Positions 1 through 9,179 of a stretch of 64,000 bases of DNA are shown here, piece after piece; within the stretch, counting starts at the first letter, position 1, and every line of letters starts with the position of its first letter. Position numbers and translations under genes: made by a program. Below the pieces are notes generated by a model. The model searched no databases. It was not told where the DNA came from and worked only from the letters and a program-made list of their open reading frames with translations. The stretch is from an uncultured Halobacteriales archaeon (GTDB lineage: Archaea > Halobacteriota > Halobacteria > Halobacteriales > Haloarculaceae), in contig CAYLJD010000001.1 in assembly GCA_964383875.1 (NCBI GenBank), positions 3,299-67,298 on the forward strand, written 5' to 3'.

Positions 1-824
1 CGTCAACAGCAGACCGGTACACGACCACGTCAGCCGCCCCCGATATCTGGAGTCGAACGGCCCACGACGAGGCATTCGGGCCACGACCGCCGCGCATCAG
101 CATCCGCCTCCCCGAGGAGTCTGTCGATAGCGAGTACCGAGTCAGTGGCCCCTACCGGACCGGGTCCCTCGCTGGACCGCCGTTCGTCCTCGTCCCCGAC
201 GAGACGCTGACAGTCCCGGTTCGAATCGCCAACGACGGCGGCACAGCCGGCAGCTACAATCTGACTTACGGTCGGGTCGGAGGGCCGACTCGAACCCTCA
301 CAGGCTCGATCGGGGTCGACGAGTCACGATTCGAGAACGTGTCGGTGCCGTTCGATGCGGTCGGGGAGTACACAATCCGGATCGGGGAATTCACGTTCCC
401 AGTGACGGTCGCCGAACCCGCCCGGCCGACCGTGACCGCCATCGACGTCGCCCGACCCGATGTGGCAGTGTCCGAGGCTGTCGACGTCTCGATCGACGTG
501 GAGAATAGCGCAGATCGGCCCGCTGCAGGCACCCTGAATATCACAGTCGACGGCGAGACGATCGCCGCAGAACGAGTCACGTTGGATGTTGGCGAATCCC
601 GAACGCTCGTCCTCACAACACGCTTCGAGTCGCACGGCCACCATCGAATCGCCGCCGGCAATCAGACGACGAGCGTCACCATCCACACTGACGCGATGAC
701 CTCCACGCCCGGCGGGCAGGGTCCAGGTCCCGGACCGCTGATTACGGGGCTAACTATCGTTCTGGGTGCCCTCCTGCTCCGTCACGCGTGGGAAGTCGGT
801 CTCCACCCACGTGGCCGCCCGTGA
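1..824 (+). CDS. secreted/surface protein, C-terminal part (5' end lies outside the window); CARDB-like beta-sandwich repeats plus C-terminal TM anchor
   Basis: Frame 3 is open from nt 3 to the stop at 822-824, so the track's M at 339 is internal. It has repeated CARDB-like motifs (VRIANDGGTAGSYNLTY; VDVSIDVENSADRPAAGTLNITVDG). These are followed by a Gly/Pro linker (PGGQGPGPGP), a hydrophobic helix (LITGLTIVLGALLL) and basic residues. Confidence 0.6.
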   Translation, partial: STADRYTTTSAAPDIWSRTAHDEAFGPRPPRISIRLPEESVDSEYRVSGPYRTGSLAGPPFVLVPDETLTVPVRIANDGGTAGSYNLTYGRVGGPTRTLTGSIGVDESRFENVSVPFDAVGEYTIRIGEFTFPVTVAEPARPTVTAIDVARPDVAVSEAVDVSIDVENSADRPAAGTLNITVDGETIAAERVTLDVGESRTLVLTTRFESHGHHRIAAGNQTTSVTIHTDAMTSTPGGQGPGPGPLITGLTIVLGALLLRHAWEVGLHPRGRP

Positions 825-930
825 CCGTGCTGGCCACCTCGGGTCCGGACGCTGGTCGCCAGCTCGCCCCAGCCACCGACGTCCCCGCCCTGTTCTGGAA
901 AGGCTGGGCGTTTTACCCCAATACCACGGT

Positions 931-2304
931 CTACGGGGGCGAGTCCGAGACGGCCTCGAGGAGCGCAAGCGTCCGGTCCGAGAGCGACGCCGGGGTCTCC
1001 GCGAGGAGCTTTAGGATCGGCTCTTTACCCACGTCACCGCGATCGATCACTGCCGCCGGCGTCTCCTCGGTTGACTCCAGGGCTTGCCGCGCCGCCCATC
1101 CCATCGTGCGTCCGTCGGCGGCCTTGACGCTCTCCGGCTCGGCGTCTCGGTCGTACTCGGCGATCGGCCCATCGAGGACGTCAAGCGACGCTTCCACGGC
1201 TGAATCGAAGCGACAGTTCACGGCAAATTGGAGGCCGGGATCGATCTCGCGGGCAGCGAGGAGGAAGCGAGCAACGTGACTCGATGCGCCAAAGCGGACG
1301 CCGCGGTGTGCCCGTGCGCCGTCGAGCGTCCGCGTGATTCGGCCCTCCACCGCTGCGCACTCCCCCGGCTCCTCTGCGTACGGCGTCGCGCCCACGACGT
1401 TCATGCCGACTTCAGGGACAAGCGGCGCGACGTCCGCCGACTCGAACGCGGCAACGATCCCGGACACCCGTTCAGCCGTGGGATCCCGTTCGGCCTGCTC
1501 TCGAAGGGCGACCATGTGGTGGACGGCACCCGGTCCCTCGCCGACGTCGAGGGGATATCGGACGGCACGCGCCAGCAAATCGATTCCACTATGGACCGCC
1601 GACTGGAGCTCGTCACCGTGGGCAAGGCGGGTGGCGATCGCCGAAGACAGTGTACAGCCGGAACCATGGGTGGCGTCCGTGGCCACGCGGGGGTGGGTAA
1701 TCGATTCCACCCCATCGTGGGTCGCGAGAACGTCCGTGACCGCCTCGCCCGGGAGGTGGCCACCTTTGACGAGGGCCGAATCGGCACCCATCTCCACGAT
1801 CGCTTTGGCAGCAGCTTCGGCACTCTCGGTGTCCGTCACGTCAATGTCCGTGAGCACCCCGGCTTCGTCGGCGTTGGGGGTGGCAAGCGTCGCCCCAGCA
1901 ATCAGGTCCTCATAGGCGGCCTCGGCCGCGGGTTCGAGGAGGCGATCGCCCGACGCCGCAACCATCACGGGGTCGACGACAATCGGGACGTTGAGGGTGG
2001 TCGCGTGCTCGGCAACCAGTTCGACGATCGGCCGGGTCGCGAGCATTCCGGTTTTGACCGCCGCCACGTCGAAGTCGTCGAACACGGCGTCGATCTGCGC
2101 CGCAACCTCGTCGACGGGGAGAACGTGAGTACTTTCGACGCCCCGCGTGTGCTGTGCCGTGACACTCGTAATGGCGCTGGTCCCGAACCCGCCCACCGCC
2201 TCAATCGTCTTGAGGTCAGCCTGAATGCCGGCACCGCCGCCGGAGTCGCTCCCGGCAATCGTACAGACGACCGGAGGTGAGACCGGCGCGGGGGTGCGAG
2301 TCAT
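931..2304 (-). CDS. thiDN: bifunctional HMP/HMP-P kinase + ThiN-type thiamine-phosphate synthase (ThiDN)
   Basis: The N-terminal half carries ThiD motifs (TIAGSDSGGGAGIQADLKT, THGSGCTLSSAIA). The C-terminal half looks like the archaeal ThiN domain. ATG at 2304 (MTRTP...) is preferred over the track's TTG at 2331. Confidence 0.88.
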   Translation of the reverse strand: MTRTPAPVSPPVVCTIAGSDSGGGAGIQADLKTIEAVGGFGTSAITSVTAQHTRGVESTHVLPVDEVAAQIDAVFDDFDVAAVKTGMLATRPIVELVAEHATTLNVPIVVDPVMVAASGDRLLEPAAEAAYEDLIAGATLATPNADEAGVLTDIDVTDTESAEAAAKAIVEMGADSALVKGGHLPGEAVTDVLATHDGVESITHPRVATDATHGSGCTLSSAIATRLAHGDELQSAVHSGIDLLARAVRYPLDVGEGPGAVHHMVALREQAERDPTAERVSGIVAAFESADVAPLVPEVGMNVVGATPYAEEPGECAAVEGRITRTLDGARAHRGVRFGASSHVARFLLAAREIDPGLQFAVNCRFDSAVEASLDVLDGPIAEYDRDAEPESVKAADGRTMGWAARQALESTEETPAAVIDRGDVGKEPILKLLAETPASLSDRTLALLEAVSDSPP

Positions 2305-2475
2305 AAGTGATGGTATCAGCCGGTTGTACAAAGAGGTGGTGACAGCTGCCCGTCTCGGACGTCACGGCCGGTTCCTAGAATGGTACTAAGGTACATTGAG
2401 ATGATCGCCGGAAAACTTATACGGAGCCCGGCGCCTCCCATCAGATAACGGGATCAGGACATCCCTCCCACGACG

Positions 2476-2625
2476 ATGACCACTGAGACTGACCCGGACG
2501 CCGCAGGGCCTGATGACGAGCGGTACGGCTCCATCGAGACGGGCGACGGCGCGACGATCATCTACGATCGGGAAGCGCGTGACGCTTGGCTCCAGTCCAA
2601 CCTCCTCGTGGACTGCGAGGCGTAA
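2476..2625 (+). CDS. small acidic protein (49 aa), conserved-haloarchaeal-type
   Basis: This ORF is below the 60-aa track cutoff: ATG 2476 to TAA 2623-2625. It translates to MTTETDPDAAGPDDERYGSIETGDGATIIYDREARDAWLQSNLLVDCEA. It is very acidic with GC-rich third codon positions. A TATA-like aaaacttata lies at 2412-2421. Confidence 0.5.
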   Translation: MTTETDPDAAGPDDERYGSIETGDGATIIYDREARDAWLQSNLLVDCEA

Positions 2626-2673
2626 CGCCGCGACAGCCACGCGATCGCGCCGCAGCCGTGGGGGATCCTCTCG

Positions 2674-3696
2674 CTATTCCTCAAGCGCGGCTGCGAACTC
2701 CTCGAAGGCCGCCCAGAATGGGTCGCGAGCTGGAGGGTCGACCGGCTCGCCGTCCACGGTCAGGCCGTCACCGTCAACGACGGCACCGACGTCCGCCGCG
2801 GGGACATCCGCCGCGTCGAGGGCCGCGAGGACATCGTCGACGCCAGTCGGATCGACTGCACAGAGGAGCGTGCCTTCGCTGATCGAGATCCAGGGATCGA
2901 TCTCGAAGAACTCGCAGGCAGCCTCGACGCCGGGCTGGATCGGGACGCGGTCACGCTCGATGGCGACACCGGCGCCGGCGGCCCGACCGAGTTCCACCAG
3001 TCCCCCAAAGACACCTCCCTCCGTCGCGTCGTGCATTGCCGTCACCGGCCCGGCGCCGGCCGCGACCAGTGCATCCCGGACCGGACTCATGTCCCAGAAC
3101 CGGTCAGTGGCGGCCTCGATCGCCTCCTCGGACACAGTTCCGCGCATGAGGGACTCGTACTGGATCGACAAGAGCGCCGTCGCCTCGATCGCGGGACCTT
3201 TCGTGACGACGATCCGGTCACCGACTCGCGCACCATCCGGCCGCACCAACGCGTCCGGCTCGCCGACGGCGAGAGCCGTCCCTCCGCCGACCATCGGGTA
3301 ATTGCAGCCAGCGTACCGCCCAGTGTGCCCGGTGACGATCGCGACACCAAGCTCAGTTGCCTCCCGGTCGATCGTCTCCCACACAGTCGCAAACTCCTCG
3401 TCGGTGATCTCGGGCGGGAGATTCAGGTCGATCGAGAGGTGGGACGGCGGAATGCCCGAGACGGCCACATCGGAGAGAAGGATGTGGAGCGCAAACCACG
3501 CGGCACGCTCGAACCCGAGCGACGGCAGGACGAACACTGGGTCAGTGGAGAGCGCGGCAACGTGGTCGCCGATGGTCACGACGCCGAAGTCGACGCCATG
3601 GTGTGGGCCGAGCGCGACGTCGTCCCGGTCGGCCCCCAGGTTGGGGTAGACGTACTCGTCGAAGAAGTCGCGGTCGATTTTGCCGAGGTCTGGCAT
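2674..3696 (-). CDS. AIR synthase-related (PurM/HypE/ThiL superfamily) protein
   Basis: Starts at ATG 3696 (MPDLGKIDRDFF...). The layout is PurM-like N and C domains, with motifs HGVDFGVV, LSTDPVF, LLSDVAVSGIPP, VTGHTGRY and DATEGGVFGGL. It is more HypE-like than ThiL-like because it lacks a GDDAA motif. Confidence 0.7.
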   Translation of the reverse strand: MPDLGKIDRDFFDEYVYPNLGADRDDVALGPHHGVDFGVVTIGDHVAALSTDPVFVLPSLGFERAAWFALHILLSDVAVSGIPPSHLSIDLNLPPEITDEEFATVWETIDREATELGVAIVTGHTGRYAGCNYPMVGGGTALAVGEPDALVRPDGARVGDRIVVTKGPAIEATALLSIQYESLMRGTVSEEAIEAATDRFWDMSPVRDALVAAGAGPVTAMHDATEGGVFGGLVELGRAAGAGVAIERDRVPIQPGVEAACEFFEIDPWISISEGTLLCAVDPTGVDDVLAALDAADVPAADVGAVVDGDGLTVDGEPVDPPARDPFWAAFEEFAAALEE

Positions 3697-3863
3697 GTGG
3701 TGGCTTCGCGGGGCAGACGCATAGCCCTGGGCATTGTGGTTGCTGGCATCGGTCACCGCCCAGGCCGTCAGGAGGCGACGCCGGCTCGACGAACCGCCAC
3801 GAGGGCTGTCCCACAAAGGTTAACGGGAAACCCGACCGAGGCACGGGACAGCGAGGTCCCCAC

Positions 3864-4775
3864 GTGGTCGCTATTCAGACCGACCAACTCACCAAACGGT
3901 TCGGGGCGGAGGTCACGGCGGTCGAGTCGCTGGATCTCACGGTCGAGTCCGGAGAAATTTTCGGTTTCCTGGGTCCGAATGGGGCCGGAAAGTCCACGAC
4001 GATCGACATTCTGTTGGACTTTGTACGGCCGACGAGTGGCGCCGCCGAAGTGCTGGGCCACGACGCCCAGGCAGAGACGCGGGCCATCCACGAGCGGATC
4101 GGCGTCCTCCCCGAGGGGTACGCCGTCTACGACCGGTTGTCCGGCCGGCGGCACCTCGAATTCGCCATCGAGCTGAAAGGGGCCGACGACGACCCGGCCC
4201 AGCTCCTGGAGCGCGTCGGGCTCTCGGCCGCCGACGGGGACCGGCGGGCCGGCGAGTACTCGCAAGGGATGCGACAGCGGTTGGTGCTCGCGATCGCCCT
4301 CGTCGGAAACCCGGACCTGCTCATTCTCGACGAACCGACAAATGGCCTCGATCCGAATGGTGCCAGGGAAGTGCGAGAGATTGTCCGCGAGCACGCCGAC
4401 CGTGGCGCCACGGTGTTTTTCTCGAGTCACATCCTCGAGCAGGTCCAGGCGGTGTGCGACCGGGTCGCCATCCTCGACGACGGGCAGCTCGTCGCCGTCG
4501 ACACGATCGATGGCTTGCGCCAGGAAATCGGATCGGGCGCAACGCTGACGATCACGGTGGACCGCGTACCGGACGGGTTGGATCTCCAGTCCATCGCTGG
4601 CATTACTGGCGTCGCCACGCGCGACGACGAGCTCCGGGTCAGCTGCGCGGAACCCGCAGCGAAGCTGGCGACGCTCGACGCGGTCCGGGATGCCGGTGCG
4701 ACGATCGAGGACTTCTCGACGGCCGAGGCCTCCCTAGAGGAACTGTTCGCTGCCTACACGGAGGACCTGCGATGA
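3864..4775 (+). CDS. ABC transporter ATP-binding protein (ABC-2 type system)
   Basis: Walker A GPNGAGKST, signature YSQGMRQR, Walker B LLILDEPT and H-loop FFSSH are all present. GTG at 3864 (VVAIQTDQLTKRFG) is the likely start. The upstream part of the track ORF is Arg-rich and non-coding-like. Confidence 0.85.
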   Translation: MVAIQTDQLTKRFGAEVTAVESLDLTVESGEIFGFLGPNGAGKSTTIDILLDFVRPTSGAAEVLGHDAQAETRAIHERIGVLPEGYAVYDRLSGRRHLEFAIELKGADDDPAQLLERVGLSAADGDRRAGEYSQGMRQRLVLAIALVGNPDLLILDEPTNGLDPNGAREVREIVREHADRGATVFFSSHILEQVQAVCDRVAILDDGQLVAVDTIDGLRQEIGSGATLTITVDRVPDGLDLQSIAGITGVATRDDELRVSCAEPAAKLATLDAVRDAGATIEDFSTAEASLEELFAAYTEDLR

Positions 4776-5623
4776 GCTGGGTCGCCGTTGCGCGGAAAGA
4801 CATCGACGACGCGATCCGCTCCCGAACACTGCTCGGTCTGGTCGTCGTCTTGACGCTGCTAGAGGTCCTCGTCTTTGCTCTGCCGGGCTTCCTCGCCGAC
4901 GGTTTTCCCGTCGCAGGGGCCGTCTGGCTGATCACGTTCCCGGCGTCGATCGTGGCGCCCTTGGTTGCGCTCGTCGCATCGTATCTGGCAGTCGCCGGCG
5001 AGCGCGAGTCGGGGAGCGTCAAGATTCTCCTCGGACTCCCGCCCAGCCGGGGCGACGTCGTGCTCGGCAAGTTCGTCGGCCGGGCGGTCGTCGTCGAACT
5101 GGCAATCCTCGCCTCGTTTGCCGTCGGGGCTGTCGTCCTGCTGGTGGCCTTCGGCGAGTTCCCGTTCGTGGCGTACGCCCTGGTGACGGCGCTCACTGGG
5201 TTTCTCGCAGTGGCGTTCGTGGGCCTGGCCGTGGGGCTCTCGGCCGCCGCACCCTCTCGGGCTCGGGCGATGGCACCGGCAATCGGGCTCTATGTCCTGT
5301 TTGTGGTGCTGTGGGATCTCTTTGTCACGGCGTTACCCATCGCCGCTGACTGGCTGTTTTCGGTGACGCTCCGATCGGCCACCGTCGACCTGATCACCAT
5401 TCTCTCGCCACCGAAGGCCTATGGCCGCCTGATCAACTCGATGGTCATCCCGTCGCTCCGCGAGACCCTACCGGATGGCATGGCTGCCGGGTTACCGTCA
5501 CTCGCTCCCTCCAGCGGCCCTCTCTACCTCCAGGATCCGTTCGTCCTCGGACTGCTCGCCGCCTGGACGGTACTGCCGTTGCTGCTTGGGTACTGGCGAT
5601 TCGCTCGGGCGGATCTCACGTGA
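4772..5623 (+). CDS. ABC-2 family transporter permease
   Basis: ATG 4772 overlaps the stop of the ATPase gene (ATGA). The protein has about 6 hydrophobic helices and the typical ABC-2 architecture, starting MSWVAVARKDIDDAIRSR. Confidence 0.8.
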   Translation: MSWVAVARKDIDDAIRSRTLLGLVVVLTLLEVLVFALPGFLADGFPVAGAVWLITFPASIVAPLVALVASYLAVAGERESGSVKILLGLPPSRGDVVLGKFVGRAVVVELAILASFAVGAVVLLVAFGEFPFVAYALVTALTGFLAVAFVGLAVGLSAAAPSRARAMAPAIGLYVLFVVLWDLFVTALPIAADWLFSVTLRSATVDLITILSPPKAYGRLINSMVIPSLRETLPDGMAAGLPSLAPSSGPLYLQDPFVLGLLAAWTVLPLLLGYWRFARADLT

Positions 5624-5717
5624 CGGGACTCGGGCCCCTCACCGATCCCCGCCAATATCCGCCAGTCGGCCCAGCCATGGGTCCGTGAGCACGCTCGCAA
5701 CGAGGTCCAGCAGTGGG

Positions 5718-6254
5718 TCACTCCGTCTCGAGCTGCCACCGACTCTCCACACTTTGGTTCGCCAACACGACGATGTCACCGTCCTCGAGTTCCAGGCGGC
5801 TCTTTCGAAGGCCGATGGCGCGAACGGTCCCCGTCACGTCCGCCGTCGTCACCGTGTCCCCCGGGTTGAAGTCGGGGTCGCGCAACAGGTACAGCCCCGC
5901 CACCGTGTCGGCGATCATGTCCGAGAGCGCATACGACACGCCGAGTGCGACGAACCCGGTCGCCGTCCCGAGGCTCGCGGCCACCGCGCCCATCCCGAGA
6001 ATCGACAGCAAGGTCAACCCCGCCGCAAACCAGAGTCCGATTGTGACGAGCAACATCGCCAGGTTCACGATGATCCGCTGATCGTCCGGGTACACCCGGC
6101 GGAGAGATCGAGCGAGCACGAACCGGATTGCGGTGATGATGACAGCCGCAAGGGCCAGGAAAATGAGGCCGCTGAACAGCCGCGGAAGGGCCGTTTGAAT
6201 GTCGATCAGAAACTCCGTGACGGCATCCCAGAGCGCGGTCGACACGCGTGTCAT
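5718..6254 (-). CDS. small-conductance mechanosensitive channel (MscS family)
   Basis: Starts at ATG 6254 (MTRVSTALWD...). It has three N-terminal TM helices followed by an MscS beta-domain motif (NPGDTVTTADVTGTVRAIGLRKSRLELEDGDIVVLAN). Confidence 0.75.
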   Translation of the reverse strand: MTRVSTALWDAVTEFLIDIQTALPRLFSGLIFLALAAVIITAIRFVLARSLRRVYPDDQRIIVNLAMLLVTIGLWFAAGLTLLSILGMGAVAASLGTATGFVALGVSYALSDMIADTVAGLYLLRDPDFNPGDTVTTADVTGTVRAIGLRKSRLELEDGDIVVLANQSVESRWQLETE

Positions 6255-6339
6255 ACCGGTCGCAGGCGTCGCCGGGCCAAAGTCCCTGCGTCTGCGTCGA
6301 CCGAGGTGTTCTTGCCGGCCCGTCCCCAAGCGCCAGTCG

Positions 6340-6540
6340 ATGGTGGATCGACCACCGCGACCGGACCAATGGGACCTGGCAGCCGCGACGGCAGCGCTCG
6401 GCCTGCTCGTCGTGGCCTACGTGCTGTACCCCCACCGGCTGGTGCAGTATGGGGTGTGGCTCGCGGTCTTCTCGATCTGGATGGCGTGGTTCGTCTACTA
6501 CGGGACCAAGTGGCTGTATGAGCCCGGTCCCAATCGGTGA
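6340..6540 (+). CDS. small membrane protein (66 aa, two TM helices)
   Basis: Starts at ATG 6340 (MVDRPPRPDQWDLAAATAALGLLVVAYVLYPHRLVQYGVWLAVFSIWMAWFVYYGTKWLYEPGPNR). It has two clear hydrophobic helices and lies divergent to mscS. Confidence 0.5.
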   Translation: MVDRPPRPDQWDLAAATAALGLLVVAYVLYPHRLVQYGVWLAVFSIWMAWFVYYGTKWLYEPGPNR

Positions 6541-6639
6541 AATTCGCTGGACTTCGTCATACCGCGGGCTCTCAGGTATTGTCGCTCGCGTGGTTCGCAG
6601 GTGTGAGAGATGTCCGCGTCTATTGGGAGCCGCGCGGAT

Positions 6640-8268
6640 TCAGCGCCCCTCGAGGAACGACGCCGCGCCCGCTGGATCCACCTCACCAGACATGGTTGTC
6701 AGGGGGACGTCCAACAACCGGTTGTCGTCCATTAGGTCCGCCCAGTACTCGGGCACTGGTTCTAATCCAGTCAGGTCGCTCTGCCAGTTCAGGTCTCGGG
6801 CGGACTCGAGGTAGTCGGCATAGTCGGACGAGTCGTTCGGCGTCTCCGGGAAGTCGCTCCACCCGGTCCCGGTCCCGATCTGTGCCGGCACCTCTTCTTG
6901 GGCGAACCCGTCGAACAGGAGATAGTAGTTGTCGGCGACCAGCGGCGGAAGCTCCCAGAGATCCAGTTCGTCGGTGACGTAGTCGTACGTCCCGGTCTTC
7001 CGGAGGAGGGGGACGAGCATCCCGACGTAGTACGTGATCGCCCCATTGATGACCTTCTGGCGACGGGAGAGCCGCGTTGTCCGCTCGTACCACTCGATGA
7101 CGGCGTCGTTGGCCCTCCCAGCCAGGTCGGCCATCTCGTCGAGGTCGGGGACCGACAACGACTCCCGGTCGATACCGCCCACTTGATCGAGCTCCTCCCG
7201 GACGAACATGCCGCCCCGTTCGACCGCGGCCAGGTAGTCGGCGGGGGCGGTGACCGTCGTGAGCGGACAGCGGATCTCCTGCAGATCGATCGCGTCTGGA
7301 TCCAGAACCATCGCGACGGTGACGCCGTAGGGCATGTCCCGGTCGGCTGCGATGTCGTTCCACGGGAGAAACGGTCGATTGAGCAACACGTCCCGCATGA
7401 GCAGCGGCTTGCCGTCTTCGACGAGATACGGACCGTTGTCGATGAGGCCCACCCGGTTGTCGTAGTGCATGAGGAACGAGAGCAACTCGAGCGCTGCGTT
7501 TGCGCGTCGGAAGGTCGACCGCTCGTCCTCGCCGATGTCCTGAAGGTTGTCGAGGACGTACTCGACAGTCGCTGGGGACTTGGCCCCGTTGACGTATCGA
7601 TTCTGGCTGGGATAGAGGTAGCCAGTCTCGTCGAACGTGGCGTACATCAAGGCTGCAGCCGTCGTGAGACAGACTTTGCGCTGTTCGACGTGGACGGGAT
7701 CGTCCGGATCGATCAGCTCGAGCAGATCCCACCCGATCGAGCCCCCGCTGGGGACACCGAGGAACGTCCACCCCGTCAACGTCGTGAGACCGGTCGCGAG
7801 TTCTTCGCGGGACTCCCGGCCCACCGCCAGGAGCCCGTCGATCCCGACCGTGTGAATGAGGAGCTTGAAGAACTCCGGCCACCGGGCCATGGCCCACGCG
7901 AACGAGAGTGCCTCGTATTCCTGCCTGGGGATGATCTCCGACTTGCCTTCCTGGGCACGCAATGCGAGGGCGTCGTAGACGTTCCACGCGTGGTAGTTCT
8001 GGAGGTCGTTGAACTCCGCCCGAGAGAGGCCGCGGGCGAAGTGATCCCGTGAAATCGCCCCATCGAGGAGATCCGTCTCGAGGTACTCGCGCATCTGGCG
8101 GTCACCCGAGATGCCGTCGGGGACGAGATTCAGATCGTACACTTCTGCCATCCGGAAGAACGGGAACTCGTCGTTGAACGTCATCCCCTCGGCGTCGGGC
8201 GCAAACTGGGACAGGTACTGGTAGTCACCGAGGTCGCCCTCCTGGACCTGCGTGACGACGTCCCGCAT
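6640..8268 (-). CDS. uncharacterized acidic soluble protein (542 aa), last gene of the swivel-domain operon
   Basis: ATG 8268 shares one nt with the upstream stop (TGATG at 8270-8266). The frame is long and GC3-rich, and the protein is acidic with no TM helices. I recognise no nucleotide-binding or other family motif by eye. Confidence 0.8.
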   Translation of the reverse strand: MRDVVTQVQEGDLGDYQYLSQFAPDAEGMTFNDEFPFFRMAEVYDLNLVPDGISGDRQMREYLETDLLDGAISRDHFARGLSRAEFNDLQNYHAWNVYDALALRAQEGKSEIIPRQEYEALSFAWAMARWPEFFKLLIHTVGIDGLLAVGRESREELATGLTTLTGWTFLGVPSGGSIGWDLLELIDPDDPVHVEQRKVCLTTAAALMYATFDETGYLYPSQNRYVNGAKSPATVEYVLDNLQDIGEDERSTFRRANAALELLSFLMHYDNRVGLIDNGPYLVEDGKPLLMRDVLLNRPFLPWNDIAADRDMPYGVTVAMVLDPDAIDLQEIRCPLTTVTAPADYLAAVERGGMFVREELDQVGGIDRESLSVPDLDEMADLAGRANDAVIEWYERTTRLSRRQKVINGAITYYVGMLVPLLRKTGTYDYVTDELDLWELPPLVADNYYLLFDGFAQEEVPAQIGTGTGWSDFPETPNDSSDYADYLESARDLNWQSDLTGLEPVPEYWADLMDDNRLLDVPLTTMSGEVDPAGAASFLEGR

Positions 8269-8696
8269 CAGTCCGCACCCCCAACGTCGCGGACGGTACC
8301 CGTCACTGTCGCCCCATCGGTCTCGGTCGTCATACTCACGGTCCGACCATCGAGGTAGTCCCCCCATTCGGCAAAGAACTCGTCCGTGCCGGGATCGGCG
8401 GCGACAAGGTCGGCTACCGGCTCGATGCTCATCACGCACGGCACGTCGTACTCGCGCGACAGAATGCCGAGGTGGCTCGTCGGGGCGCCCTCCATCGTGA
8501 GCAGCCCGTGAACGTCGTTGGCCAACAACGGCGACGCGAACGCGCTCGTCCCGGCGCGGACAAGCGCGATCACGTCCGAAAGGTCACCCCCAGTGAGTTC
8601 CATGACGGCCGCCGGCGTCGTCACGTGGTGCACAGTCCCCCTGACCTCGCCGTCAAGGTCGAACACGGCTCTCCCCTCCGCGAGCGTGGAAGCCAT
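8268..8696 (-). CDS. stand-alone PEP-utilizing enzyme mobile ('swivel') phosphohistidine domain protein, paralog 2
   Basis: The core motif MEGAPTSHLGILSREYDVPCVM matches the PEP-utilizer mobile-domain signature G-G-x-T-S-H-x-A-I-x-A-R-E-x-G-I-P. The start is ATG 8696 (MASTLAEG), with an alternative GTG at 8714. Confidence 0.8.
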   Translation of the reverse strand: MASTLAEGRAVFDLDGEVRGTVHHVTTPAAVMELTGGDLSDVIALVRAGTSAFASPLLANDVHGLLTMEGAPTSHLGILSREYDVPCVMSIEPVADLVAADPGTDEFFAEWGDYLDGRTVSMTTETDGATVTGTVRDVGGAD

Positions 8697-8747
8697 GTGG
8701 CCGTGTGACACCACCGGCTTACTAAAGCGTGCCGTCCGTCCAGACCG

Positions 8748-9179
8748 CTACTCGGGGAACGTCACGGTTCCAGCAGTGCCGTCGATGCGAACCCGGTCGC
8801 CCGCGTCGACGGTCCGATTCTCAACCGACAGTTGCCCGGCATCTGTATCGATTGAGAGTGCCTGGCACCCCACGACCGCCGGCGTATCGAACTCGCGGGC
8901 CACAATCGCCGCGTGTGAGGTCTGCCCTCCCTCGCTGGTGAGCACGCCAGTGGCCGCTTCGATCGCTGGGGTGTCGGCTGGGACGGTCATCTCCCGGACG
9001 AGAATGATTGACTCCCCGGCCGAGGAGCGTGTGACCGTCTCCACTGGGGAGAAACAGATCGCTCCCTCAGCGACGCCCGGCGCCGCTCCGAGTCCCGAGA
9101 GTTCCACCTCCGGCATGGGATGAGGCTGAACGAGGGGGCCAATAATCCTATCCCCACCGCCATCCTGGTCACCCAACAT
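8748..9179 (-). CDS. stand-alone PEP-utilizing enzyme mobile ('swivel') phosphohistidine domain protein, paralog 1
   Basis: It has a canonical swivel motif (SEGGQTSHAAIVAREFDTPAVVG) preceded by GLGAAPGVAEGAI. ATG 9179 overlaps the DCC gene stop by 11 nt. An alternative ATG lies at 9116. Confidence 0.85.
   Translation of the reverse strand: MLGDQDGGGDRIIGPLVQPHPMPEVELSGLGAAPGVAEGAICFSPVETVTRSSAGESIILVREMTVPADTPAIEAATGVLTSEGGQTSHAAIVAREFDTPAVVGCQALSIDTDAGQLSVENRTVDAGDRVRIDGTAGTVTFPE

Noticed and set aside
700-824. PGF-CTERM archaeosortase signal at the end of the CARDB-like protein
   Set aside because: The Gly/Pro linker plus a TM helix is present, but the sequence reads GPGPLITG, with no PGF. 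An 11-residue tail also follows the helix, so I do not call it.
2305-2500. Possible TPP riboswitch upstream of thiDN (a CUGAGA string at about 2483)
   Set aside because: The string lies on the opposite strand inside the 49-aa ORF. No ACCUGAUCUGGAUAAUGCCAGCG-like partner element is present, and haloarchaea generally regulate thiamine genes with proteins instead.
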